From Eledone cirrhosa (lineage: Eukaryota): DNA of 64,000 bases. The DNA lies in NCBI GenBank assembly GCA_964016885.1, contig OZ024740.1, positions 312,976,001-313,040,000 of the forward strand, written 5' to 3'. The translations under genes and the position numbers were made by a program. Below, piece by piece: positions 26,784 to 39,129 of the stretch. A model generated the notes under the pieces. The model saw nothing but the letters and a program-made list of their open reading frames with translations. It was not told the DNA's origin and ran no database searches. Each line of letters begins with the position of its first letter. Position 1 is the stretch's first letter.

Positions 26784-27039
26784 CCTCTTTAATATTTGGA
26801 CTATTCCCTTGTTTTAACTGTTGCATATATTCCACTCCGTGCTTTTGATTTTAATTTAATTTGAATTTGAATTTGAATTTGAACTTGAATGTTTGTACAA
26901 TTATTGTACAATTCTCTTAAAATATATGTCACATCCATTCCACCCTGTAAATACGAAACTGTTGCTCACAACATCAATTTATATGTATCTATATTATTGT
27001 TCAGTTGAATAGGAGGTTAATTATATGTACAAACATTGA

Positions 27040-27098
27040 TAATGCTCCGATGAGTCCAAATGAGAGTTTGGAAGAAACGATTGTCAGCTATTAAATGA
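27040..27098 (+). ncRNA. Degenerate minimal type I hammerhead ribozyme motif (Penelope-like relic)
   Basis: TAATGCT-CCGATGA-GTCCAAA(TGAGAG)TTTGGAA-GAAA-C(GATT)G-TC-AGCTATTA; two substitutions relative to the consensus core. Confidence 0.5.
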
Positions 27099-27238
27099 TT
27101 TGAACACAACTTTGATAATTGTATAATCTGTTTATTTTCCTGGTCTGTAAAACAACTGATGTTCATACATTGAGCTATTTCTCTTACTGGTAATAAGGTA
27201 ATTAAAAGATTACAGATCTTCCTGTTTATAGTTGTTAA

Positions 27239-27278
<40 letters not shown>

Positions 27279-27361
27279 ATAATAATAAAATTGAAGACTA
27301 GAATCCAAAGAGGGCTCGATAAGGATAAATATATATCAAATATATAAGAACCAATCTGTTA

Positions 27362-27418
<57 letters not shown>

Positions 27419-27701
27419 TGTGTGTATATATATATATGTGTGTGTGTGTTTGTGTGTGTGTGTAATTATATATATGGTTGTCTCAGCGTAACTTTCGGTT
27501 TCCTCTTTTTATAATCCAATATATTTGTTAGTTCAATACCATAAAAACTGTATATAAAATATCTGCTGTATATTAATATCTATTGGTTCATATTTGTATA
27601 TTTCTTGCAAGAAAATTTTCCATGAATACAAAAAGTTTCATTTGTGTATCGGTTCTTTTTATTATAAACAATTTGTAATGTTTTTTATACAACTGGAAAT
27701 A

Positions 27702-28162
27702 AATGTTTCTACTTTATGGCACAAGGCCAGCAATTATTCTAGTGTATTACTGGTATTTTATTTTATCGACCCCGTAAGGATGAAAGGCAAAGTTAACCTC
27801 GGCGGGATTTGAACTCAGTCCGGAAAGGGACGCAACTGTGCTACAACTGGAAATAATTGTTTCTACTTTCTGGCACAAGGCCAGCAAATTACCCAGTACA
27901 TTACTGGTACTTTATTTTATCGACCCCGTAAGGATGAAAGGCAAAGTTAACCTCGGCGGGATTTGAACTCAGAATGGCAAGGGCCGTAACTCTATGCGTC
28001 AAAGCATGGCGTCCGACCCTCTACCGATACTGCCAATAATGGTTTCTGATTTGGGCACAAGGCCAACAATTTGGGGGGAAGGGGAAAGTCGATTTAATCG
28101 ATCTCAGAGCGTAACTGGTATTTTATTTTATCGACCCCGTAAGGATGAAAGGCAAAGCTAAC
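27702..28162 (-). mobile_element. Three tandem family-A SINEs
   Basis: TATCGACCCCGTAAGGATGAAAGGCAAAG repeated three times head-to-tail. Confidence 0.85.
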
Positions 28163-28405
28163 ATCTTTCTTTTTTAATACTGATTTGTAACAAAGGCACA
28201 AACAAACAATTTTGTGGGAGAATATAGTCAAATAATTTAACTCCAATACTTGTTACTTTTGTTTTATAGACGGATTACCTTGGTAAGATTAAAACTCATG
28301 TCGCAAAGTATGTTGTCCGACACTCTACCGATACTGCCAATCCACCACCTTAACAACTGTGAATAATAAAATATCACAATTAGAAACTGAAAAAAAAGTT
28401 CTTAC

Positions 28406-28574
28406 CATATTTAGTAGTTTCATATATTAGAGATGTGGTCAAGTGACTGGCTCTAGGGCTGTAGTTGTTAGCAATAGCATCGCTCACTCTGCGGTGTTCC
28501 TTTTGTTCTTTAAATGGAGCAGCTTGAGTAAATGAAGCTTGTTCCAAGATCTTTGGTTTTTCGCTAAGGGAATT
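28406..28574 (-). CDS. DNAH3: DNAH3-like coding exon 2
   Basis: tttcag|AAT...TATG|gtaag; QASFTQAAPFKEQKEHRRVSDAIANNYS matches the DNAH3 N-terminal motif 'SWTLAAPFKEQ..HR.PSDSIANNYS' as I recall it. Confidence 0.9.
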
Positions 28575-29204
28575 CTGAAACGATATAAAATTGCATATGG
28601 TCATATACAAGTTACCTTTTTATAGAAATTAACCTTACTCTTGGGTCTCGAATAATCGTCCCGCTCCCCCGGCTTATTAATTTTTCAGATATTTTCACCC
28701 TCCCCCACACTTATTCCACCCCCACTTACCCCTCCCCCCACACATTTTACTAGAAACTAAATAATCAAGTCGTGATTTTCGCCACTCCGTATCTTTCCCA
28801 ATATAACTAGGTCGTTACCCATCGCTACGTTGCCGGTAAAATACATACACAAACAACAACAACAAAAACTATATATATTATATATAGTTATGTAATAAAC
28901 AACATACATATAAGTGTGACGGACAGATAGATGGCGAAACAGCTCTTCTTTTACAATATAATAAGTTAAAATATCATTGACGATTTGTAGAGATCTGAAT
29001 TGATAAAGAGTTGTCATGTTTGTTAAACCTAATCTTATGTCACCAAACACTTGAGTTCAATCACTTGGGTCTTTCAGAAACTTAGCATCCCAGTAAGTTA
29101 TGATTTCAACTGCCTGGCATCCAGTCATACGGCTACCTGATCTATCTTCTTCTCCTTGCTCTTACTCAATGAGTTATCCTAAGCCAGCGATCTCAAAGCA
29201 TCTG

Positions 29205-29460
29205 GGTCTGGCCTTGTCGTGGCGAGGGGACTTATGTGTTCCGTAAATCCGAGAGAGCGTTACCGTTCGGAGCTTTGCTCTTGGAAGGGCCACCCTAGGC
29301 GCGCCGGTCTCTTGGGGAGGTTCCAGACCAAGTGACCCGCCGAGGCGTGTTAGCTCGCCGCCAAGATGGCAGACCCATCATCCAACTATTCTGCGGAAGG
29401 TCAACAACCCGTCCAGAAGAACCATCAACCTGTTAAGAAACCGACTAGAAGAAACTAAAC
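29205..29460 (+). mobile_element. RTE (BovB-like) 5' UTR fragment
   Basis: GCCTTGTCGTGGCGAGGGGACTT resembles the BovB/RTE 5' terminus as I recall it; GC-rich. Confidence 0.5.
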
Positions 29461-29750
29461 TGCCCAACTTGATCTATATGACAGTTTAATTACACGGTTA
29501 CTTTAACTTCTTGACATTAAATCAAGTGAATGCTGCATCAGTCTGGTTCCTTTTAACGGTTATAGAGAACAAATGAAAAGACTCACAGTTCATGACCAAC
29601 TTCCTCACTAATTATATGGTTTCCATTACACTGGCCTTACATATAAATAGTTACGTATATTTAATACAAGGAACATTAAAAGTTAAAACTAAGATTAAAC
29701 ATACAGCAAGAAAAAAATATTGATGGTGACTGACATGTTTTCTTTTCTTC

Positions 29751-29802
<52 letters not shown>

Positions 29803-29813
29803 GAATACATATA

Positions 29814-29967
29814 GAATACATATAATGAGAAAACTCATCGCTAGAAAAGCTGTTAAAACAGCTGGTCTCTGTTCTATGAGGCATTTGGGCCCATCGCTCT
29901 CTTTGACACCATTTAACTGTTTTAACAGCTATTCTAGCTATGAGTTTTCTCATTTTTATATGTATTC
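29814..29967. mobile_element. Small fold-back/MITE-like element
   Basis: About 50-bp imperfect inverted arms (ATGAGAAAACTCATCGCTAGAAAAGCTGTTAAAACAG and its reverse complement). Confidence 0.6.
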
Positions 29968-30016
29968 AACCAAATACACTCTCGCTTCGTCTCGATCAGA
30001 GATAACATTGTTTTAA

Positions 30017-30047
<31 letters not shown>

Positions 30048-30116
30048 AATTTTGAGTATGCAGATTGGAGCACTCGACGAAGTACGCAGGTTGGTTTATT
30101 TTTCTAAACTTCGATT

Positions 30117-30152
<36 letters not shown>

Positions 30153-30227
30153 AATCGAAGTATAGAGTGCTTTTAATCTGTTATAAACTAAATTTGTTGA
30201 ATAACAAACAAATTAAATAACTAATTG

Positions 30228-30279
<52 letters not shown>

Positions 30280-30390
30280 TCAAAGGCGGTGCCCCAGCAT
30301 GGCCTCAATCAGATGGCTGGAACAAGTAAAAGAGTAACAGTAACAGTTAGAAGAAATTATAACTTACAAACACTAGCATACATACTAATA

Positions 30391-30767
30391 TAATTGTTTC
30401 TACTTTTGGCACAAGGCCAGCAATTATCCCAGTGTATTACTGGTACTTTATTTTATCGATCCCGTAAGGATGAAAGGCAAAGTTAACCTCGGCGCGATTT
30501 GAACTCAGACCATAAAGGGCTGTAACTCTTTGCTGCAAAGCATGTCCGACCCTCTACTGATACTGCCAATCCACCTACTAATATAATTGTTTCTACTTTA
30601 GGCACAAGGCCAGCAATTACCAGTGCATTACTGGTACTTTATTTTATCGACCCCGTAAGGATGAAAGGCAAAGTCAACCTCGGCGGGATTTGAACTCAGA
30701 TGGTAAAGGGACGTAACTATGCTGGAAAGCATGGCGTCCGACCCTCTACCGATACTGCCAATCCACC
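30391..30767 (-). mobile_element. Head-to-tail family-A SINE dimer
   Basis: Two full copies separated and flanked by TACTAATATAAT. Confidence 0.9.
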
Positions 30768-31832
30768 TACTAATATAATAAGTGCCATATACACCCACAT
30801 TCGCACCACGCATTTAATTCTGTAATACCAGAACCATTCTAATTAAAATGTTTTCTTTTTTTAATCAAATGTATACCGTAATTTAAGGCAATTTAAGAGT
30901 TAGCTTAGCTACCAGTAACAAATACAAAAAGAGCTCGAACTAATACATCCACTCAAAATGACAAGAACAACAATTGTAATAGCGACTAGATGATCTGTGA
31001 TCTTTGGAGATAACTAAGAAAAAAAATATCCTTGTTGACAGATATATTAAATTTGTCAATCTATGAATGGGTTAATCTTTGATCAGTGTGACCTGCTGCT
31101 GATCGTTGTGCCGATTCCACAGATCTGTTGTCTGCCGGCAGACATACATACATACACCCGCATTTATCTTCGATAAATATAATTCTATCTTCTCTTAATA
31201 ATTATTCTATCTCAAGTGGAACATACAAATAGACATGGATGTGCACATAGACACACACACCCTGTCGGCTTGGACCCAGAGGCGGAGGGTAAGTTAGTTG
31301 GTGGTGGGGGATACTCGTTCGGACGTCACTTCTACAACTAAAGTATATTTACATTCATACAACTGTGAACCTCAACGTTAATACCAATGACTAGTAACAG
31401 AAGAAGCAGTTGTTGATGTTGATGTTGACCCAGGTCAGCTCTGGTTGAGGAGTCATGTATTTAAGGGTGTTTATGCTGTGATCTTGAGGTTGCGAGTTCG
31501 ATTCCCGGACTAGGCGATGGGTTATGTCCTTCAACAAGTCACTTTATTTCACGTTGCTCCTTCAACCAGAAGGTAGATAATATCAGCAATTGGAAAGACC
31601 AATGGAAACATTGTTTGGTTGGTCCGATTTGACGAATTCCACCCCACTCGGTAAGCGAAGGTTTGGGATCTTGTCGATCGATTCCTATGCAGTGATCATC
31701 TTTGTTTATATATATATAATAATCTAATAATAAATATAATAATATACCTAAGTGATCATATAAATGCTCCTTTATTGGCTCATGGAGAAGCAGTAGTGTG
31801 TATTAGCTAAACATATTAAGTACATATCTTAC

Positions 31833-31898
31833 CTTTGGTAGATTGAGTGGTGGCAGGTGGGTTAAGTTGGTAGGACGCCGAGGAAATGTTTTAAGCAT
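31833..31898 (-). CDS. DNAH3: DNAH3-like first coding exon (exon 31833-31937, ATG at 31898)
   Basis: ttttcaccag| at 31937 and AAG|gtaag at 31833; MLKTFPRRPTNLTHLPPLNLPK; LPPL motif as in DNAH3; phase 0 joins exon 2. Confidence 0.7.
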
Positions 31899-34535
31899 TG
31901 GTATCGTGATTCCCACATTCTCTTCCCAATATACATTCTGGTGAAAAATTAATAGAGTAATATAGTTTAAACGAATCTTTATGATAAAGAGTTAAAATTA
32001 TTAAAATAGTTTTAGAAGGCTAATACTATGCAGTGAAGGCATGTGATATGTGATAAGGGAATTGGGTTCGCAATCATGAGGCTGAGACATCGATTCCCAG
32101 ACCGGTTGGTGTATTATGTCCTTGAGAAAGACATTTTATTTTATGTTACTCCTTCTGCCTGGAGTAGCGACCGGTAGATAGTATTAGCAATCGGAAAGAC
32201 CAATGGAAACATTTTAACGAGCTCCACCCCTATCGGTAAGCGAATGATGTCTAGGAACTTATCAATCCTTCTCTATTTTTAGTACAATGTAGGCTAGAAA
32301 ACAAAGGAGGGAAAACAGAAATAAAATAGGACAGCAGTTTACACTTTTACCTTATATTTTAATATTTCGGTTTAAATCCCCTTTATCAAGAGATAATACT
32401 GATGGTGACATGGTGGTATCTTTTTCACAGATACGTCATACCTGTGCAAAATATACTAGTACACCATTATCCTGGTATATAATCTCGAAATATTAGTAAG
32501 GTACAACTGTAGGCTTATTTTTAGTTAGTTTGTTTTCACCCCTTTGTTTCTGATGTGTATTTTACTGGTTTTCTGGGTTTCTGTGGCTATTTTAGCAGTG
32601 ATAATTGTTATAAATTAGTGATTAAAACAGAATTATCGTATCTAAGTAGTGAGTTGTTGCTAGCAAGAAATTTAGTGGGTAGGTGTAGCCAATTAGATCG
32701 ACCCAAGTACTTGACTGGTACTTAATTCACCAACCGCAGAATTATGAAATGCAAAATGACTCTGACAGGATTTGAACTCAGAACGTAAAGAAACATAACT
32801 AAACACCACAAAGCATATTGTTCCAACTCTTTGCTGCCTCTGCCAATCAACTTTAAATATTGCAACATTTGTTATAATTTGTTAGAGCAGTGGATGGCAG
32901 CAGAGGTAGATCACTTGATAAAATCTCTTACAATATTAAGTCACGTCTCTTTACGTTCCGAATTCAATTCCTACAACTTCGTTGATTTTATTTTTCAAAA
33001 AAAAAAAAAGAATGGTCCAAGAGGGATTTCAAAGAAATAATCTTTAATACGATATTACACCCCATTGCTTGATAAGACAATTTTCGGTCTTGTGGTTTCC
33101 TAGTTGTTTTCCCAGACAATTTTGAAAATTTGTTATGCAGGTTTTTTAACTCCTTCAGATCTCTCATCTTATAATAATTCTCCAGTATGAGGATTTATAA
33201 ATATACCTTCTTTAATTTTGGCATTACTTATCTGGGAAGACACATTCCTAAATATTTAAATCTCATTTGCGTCTCATCCATCGATTTAACAAAGTTTTTT
33301 GTAAGTCCAAGATTGGTATGGTGCACATAAATAACTTCTGAGGGAGTTGTAGGGTCACCGTGTTGACATATAGCAATCCTAGGGCAATTTTAAAACCCGA
33401 CGGAGCCCATCTCCTCTCCAGGTCTGAATACAGCAGTTTTCTCCCAGAGAACAAAAGAGAGAGGGAGACTAGAAGTGAGAAAGAGATATAGAGGAAGAGT
33501 CGACCCCAGTACTAGACTGGTATTTTTTTTATCGACCTGGAATGGATGAAAGGCAAAGGAGGAATGAACCTTTTTTCTAGGGTCAATAAGTGGACCATTC
33601 AAAATATTTTTCTTCTCTGGAAGAAGGAAATATGTTTTAGCCAATTATTCTGAACCTAGGAATTTAACCTGTCCCTACTATCCTCCTTTACGAACTGTGT
33701 TCAAATAACTCTATGCCATAAAGCCTATTGTTCAACGCTCAACCGACGCTCTACCGATACTGCCAATACACCACCCTAGTATTACAACATGGTTATGATC
33801 TAAACATTAGAAAAGTCGTTGTGACAGTTATGTCTTATAATAATAGAACAATAACTTAACTGGAGATAAATTACATCTGAACAAATAGACTGAAATTAGT
33901 TTACAATGATTGAGTTTCTGTCTTAGAAGTCATGAAAATCAAAATTAGTAAATTGATTTACTATATCCTTTACGTACACAGACATGCATGCCAAGACGCT
34001 CCCCGCCCACGCACACACACACGCACAAATATACATATATACAGCAGCAAAATCAACAACAAAAAAAGAGAGGGAACGCCATTACATGCTTTTGAAAAAT
34101 CTTAATGGAAAATGATTTGCCTATTCACCCAAGGCGACTTCACTTTTTATTAGGACTTCTGCATCCATTGGTGAACATACAACGAAACTGTTTCAGAAAG
34201 GAGGGATAAACATGCCAATCTATGTTTAGAATCCCGAGCAACGCCGGGCCATATATATATATATAAACAAAGAAAAGAATCCCCAGTCACTGAAGGGTCA
34301 CAGAATGTGTGACGAAAGAACTTTGACAATATATCTGGTTGTGGAACCAACCAACCAACCAACCAACCGGAAATTTATAAATTATTAAATTTATAAATTT
34401 AATTTATAATAAATTGAAGTGAAAGCAACTGGTGCGTATGTTTCTTATTGGCAACATGACCCTCCCAAAGTATAACAATATCGGTTTCAACACATGTTTT
34501 CAGATAAAGAATCTTGCTAAACAAATTCAGAAACG

Positions 34536-34579
<44 letters not shown>

Positions 34580-34586
<7 letters not shown>

Positions 34587-34973
34587 TATGTACACGTACA
34601 TACATATATGTATACCGACGTACAGTAGTATGTATATATATATATATACATACATGCACACATATATATATGCACGTATGGATTCACCGAACATTTATTA
34701 TAATGCTCGGTGTGTTTGTAAACAAACATCCCGTATTAAGCCGTAGTGTCTAGCAACCACCGTTGCTCGTTTGTTTGAACAAACGAGCAACGGTGGTTGC
34801 TAGACACTACGGCTTAATACGGGATGTTTGTTTACAAACACACCGAGCATTATAATAAATGTTCGGTGAATCCATACGTGCATATATATATATGTGTGGA
34901 TGTATGTATATATATATATACATACTACTGTACGTCGGTATACATATATGTATGTACGTGTACATACTTATAT
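34580..34973. repeat. Near-perfect 394-bp palindrome
   Basis: Arms 34580-34775 and 34778-34973 around a 2-nt centre; differ only in (TA)n length and about one substitution. Confidence 0.97.
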
Positions 34974-35417
34974 TTAAGTAACAGCCGTACTAAGAGTGGG
35001 AAATGAAATATCGTTTCATTTTTTCCGTTTATATATATATATATTTATTTATATGTATGTATGTATCTAGCTATCTATCTATATATATATGTATATATAT
35101 GTATGTATATATACACACACACACATACACACAAACACACACATATATACATGCATACACATACACGCTCATGTATACCTAGATTCATACATACATATAC
35201 AATTATACACACACGTGTGTATGTATGTGTGTGCATATATATGTATATCTGTGAATTTAATTAGCATATTAGGTGAAAGATGATATGGGCATATATTTGT
35301 ATGTGTATACAAACATGTACATACATGCAAGCACATATATACATCTGTTTATATATAGACAGATAATTGTATATACGTGTTATACGAACAGGTGTGACTG
35401 AGTGTATATTATTTTAC

Positions 35418-35620
35418 CCCAAGTTGACTTTGATTGAGCTATAATCAGAGAATTTAAAGCCGACTTATATCGAATTCGTACCGGTTGCCGTTGAGACCTC
35501 AGGCGTCCTCGGACCCCGTACTGCTGAGTGTCGCTGGCCATTGCCCGCGGAAATGTCTTTGCAGTTTTGTCTGCGGGGCTCAGCCCCCAAACCGCCCGCC
35601 TCAGACATCGAGCCTATCAC
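35418..35620 (-). promoter_or_regulatory. Candidate promoter and non-coding first exon of the dynein gene, with RFX X-box-like motif at 35484-35497
   Basis: Locally GC/CpG-rich non-repetitive patch; GTTGCCGTTGAGAC (2 mismatches to GTTGCCATGGAGAC); donor GGG|gtaaaa at 35418; in-frame TAG, no ATG. Confidence 0.45.
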
Positions 35621-36598
35621 CCTCACCTCTCCCTCCTTCCTTTCTTCAGTGGCCTAATAGTCCTTGCTTTACTTTCCTCTCATTTATAGCATTTATAGCC
35701 CTTTCTCCTACTTTCATATACAGTCAGATCTGACCTTCTTTACCCCTTCCTCCCTCTGTTCGTTTCTTGTTTTTATCCCACTTTTTTTTTTCGTTTTCTT
35801 TCATATCTCCATCAATATCTGTAATGCCATTTATAAAACTGGGAATTGATTTAGTGTTTGTAATTTTATTTTATACATGAATGTAATAAAATATTTTATA
35901 CATGAATGTAATAAAATATTTTATACATGAATGCATTAAAATATTCTTGCTTTTTTAAATTCATTGTAAAAGACCGAGAGACCACGTAAAACAGTAAATC
36001 TGAGCGTGAGGTTCATGCACCAGAAGGAAACAATTTGAACAGTTTACTCTTTTACTTTTGTCTGTTCTAGCCCGCAGGTTATGGCCATACTGGGGCACTG
36101 TCATCATTGTTGTTATACTATCCATATCTCTCCTTCTCTGGTTGGTTATTGATGAAAGATGTTGTTTGTTACAGCTTCCCCAGTTTATGTTTCTTGCAGT
36201 GATGTGGGTACATCTGGGATCTCAGATAGTAGAATGTCAAGGTAGATCTTGAAGACATCTACATTCACTGTCTTCGTTAGAATATTGAAGAGCTGTAGGC
36301 TCTTTATTGCAATATCTGGTCTTTATATAGATGGTGAGAGCGGAATCTTTGGCATTATGCAATGGCGGCTATTTCAGGAATTGGTGCAGTATCCAATGCC
36401 TAAGCTTAGTGGTAACCCTTCCAGCATGTTCCATATATATATATATACATATATATATAAAGTTTAATATAGAAATGGCTTCTACAGGACTAAAACTGTT
36501 TCATTCAAAAGAAATAGTGGTGTTTACACGCTACTAATGTATTGAGTACATTACTAACTATGGTTACCTCCGATTGAACCCGGGCCTCTCTCTCTCTC

Positions 36599-36678
<80 letters not shown>

Positions 36679-36733
36679 CCCCTCTCTCTCTCACTCATTC
36701 ACTCACTCACACACACACATATATATATATATA

Positions 36734-37632
36734 CAGGGTGTTCGGGATAAATTTGACAATAATATTTGGTTGTTTTTTCAGATGTTTTAAATTCATTCAT
36801 GCCCACTAGACTTTATTTGAAAGTTTAAACCCTCCTTCATTCATATATTTGATGACAACGAGAATGGATGACTGGGAGCCACCTGAATCATGGAAGAGAA
36901 TAACTTGTATCATGATGATTCGCGCCGGCCATCAAAATAAGGAGATTATGGTCGCTGCTCAATGCTCCCTGAACACTCTAAAAACAATCCGGCATGAACT
37001 GGAGAATTGCAATGGAGACTACGAGGCTGTGGCTAGAAGAAAGAAACATAACAGAAGATCTGATTGCTCTCGCACAGCAGAATTCCTCGAAAATCTGCAG
37101 AAAAAAGTGTTTGAGGACCCTGGCATCGGAATTCGGTCTTTGTCGCATGAATTGAAGCCCTGGATAACAAGGGTAGCCAATAATAGGCCGTATGTATGGC
37201 AGCTGGATTCGCCCCCCTGCTACACCTCGGGGAAAAGTAAAAAATGGTTGTCAGCCAAGTTTTATGACTACACCAGTCCCAATGTTTGGCCTCCGAACTC
37301 CCCTGATCTTAACCCGATGGACTATTATGTATGCGGCGCTGTAGAGAAAGATACCAATCGCCGTGCCAGTACTACAAAAGCCCAGTTAATCGACAGAATT
37401 AAAGTAGTTTTTGAGGGCCTTCCCAGGCAAAGTGTAAAATCAGCTTGCTCTAGGTTCCGGGCCCGGATTGAGGCTGTAATAGACGCTAATGGAGGTTATT
37501 TTGAGTAAAACTCTTTGACAATAGTGTAATTTCCTTCTCCATTGAATTTCTTTTAAACCATATAAATTTTGTAGATACCAAGCACTTTTTCTTTTTCCTG
37601 ATGAAACTGTCAAATTTATCCCGAACACCCTG
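36734..37632 (+). mobile_element. Tc1/mariner superfamily DD37D (maT) transposon, internally deleted
   Basis: Perfect 25-bp TIRs CAGGGTGTTCGGGATAAATTTGACA, TA flanks; ORF has WQLDS...WPPNSPDLNPMDY with 37 residues between the last two Asp. Confidence 0.95.
36849..37508 (+). CDS. Truncated DD37D transposase ORF (219 aa), in-frame internal deletion
   Basis: N-terminal HTH-like region fused directly to the C-terminal half of the catalytic domain; region of the first catalytic Asp missing. Confidence 0.6.
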   Translation: MMTTRMDDWEPPESWKRITCIMMIRAGHQNKEIMVAAQCSLNTLKTIRHELENCNGDYEAVARRKKHNRRSDCSRTAEFLENLQKKVFEDPGIGIRSLSHELKPWITRVANNRPYVWQLDSPPCYTSGKSKKWLSAKFYDYTSPNVWPPNSPDLNPMDYYVCGAVEKDTNRRASTTKAQLIDRIKVVFEGLPRQSVKSACSRFRARIEAVIDANGGYFE

Positions 37633-38255
37633 TATATATATATTTTTTTTAAGGTCGATCGACTTTCGTCAAATCGGACCGAGGAAACAATGTTTCCGTT
37701 GGCTTTTCCAATCGCTAATATTATCTATCGGTCGCAACTCCAAGGTGTGTAACTAGAGTTACAGACGGTTCGTTGTTATATTTTCTAGTCCTGGTTATTT
37801 GTAAGTATTTCGATCTATTTTCATTTCTTACGATGACTTTTCAAATGGAATTTTACGTTGTTTATTTAAGCTATTTGAGGTTTTAGTTCTTCATCTCATC
37901 AGAACCTTTTATCTCTAGGAATATTTTTTTTTAAATTCTACATTATATCTTTTAAATACTAAATATGTTTTTATATTGAAGCGGGGAATCAAATTTGTTA
38001 GGTGTCGTGGTGAGGCATGGACAAAATTAATTAAGAATCTCTGGCATAGAGGTTCCCACACTGTACAATAACTTTGAAATGTCTGTTTAATTAAATGACA
38101 ATCAGTTAAAAAGGAAAAAGAAACACCGCAAACATAAATTGTACATTGGAAGGCGCTTATTATAATCACGGATAATATTATGTTAACTGGTTGTTATAAT
38201 TAGTGAGTCTTTATCTCTTTATTTGTTTTCTGTTGTAAGACGGTTATTATTATAA

Positions 38256-38705
38256 CTAGCATGTGTAGTGTGTATATTGATATTATACGCAAGTATATAT
38301 ACATGTAGATATGATACATCAAATAAAATCGTAATTGACAATATACACAGAAATTGAACGAAGACTGTGTTACACTGTCTTATGTAATCAGTAACGTAAT
38401 CCATGATACATTTAAAAAAGATGATATTATATATAAACTGCATTAGGAGAAATTAGTGACGGAAATATATGAATGTTTATTTAAGCGATCGCTAACCGGA
38501 AGTGTTGACATTTGAAAATTCTAAAGTGAATCTTAAAATAAGCAACAACATTATTTATGTTTAATCAAGAATAACGAAATTGAGTAGATAAATTATGTAA
38601 TATTCATTTATTATTTATTCAAAGTAGTCCAACTTATTTTACAAACGGGATAAAAAAATATATTCTGGACGCTGTCCCGCACTTCTTACTTTATTATAGT
38701 TTAGA
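38256..38705 (-). mobile_element. Non-autonomous Helitron, same family as 51835-52492
   Basis: Reverse-complement match of 5' end (TCTAAACTATAATAAAG) and body; another 5' fragment at about 53326-53521. Confidence 0.8.
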
Positions 38706-38969
38706 TTCAACATATTTCGTTCTAAAGTGATCACAATAAAAGGTTTGCACGGTACATATGATATGAAGCGATGGCTCTCTTACACACACACGCACACTAT
38801 CTCTTTCTCTTTCCACCCCCTCCTCCTCCTCTTCATCATCATCATCATCCCCCTCCCCCCTCTTTGCCTCTCTCCCTCTCATGAAACAGATTAAAAACAA
38901 ACTCAGTACATTAAGAACTGTCGGCAAGCTAAATTATTAGATCACCGTGAATAAAAACTGAATGCAATT

Positions 38970-39109
<140 letters not shown>

Positions 39110-39129
39110 ACAAATATATATATTTGATG

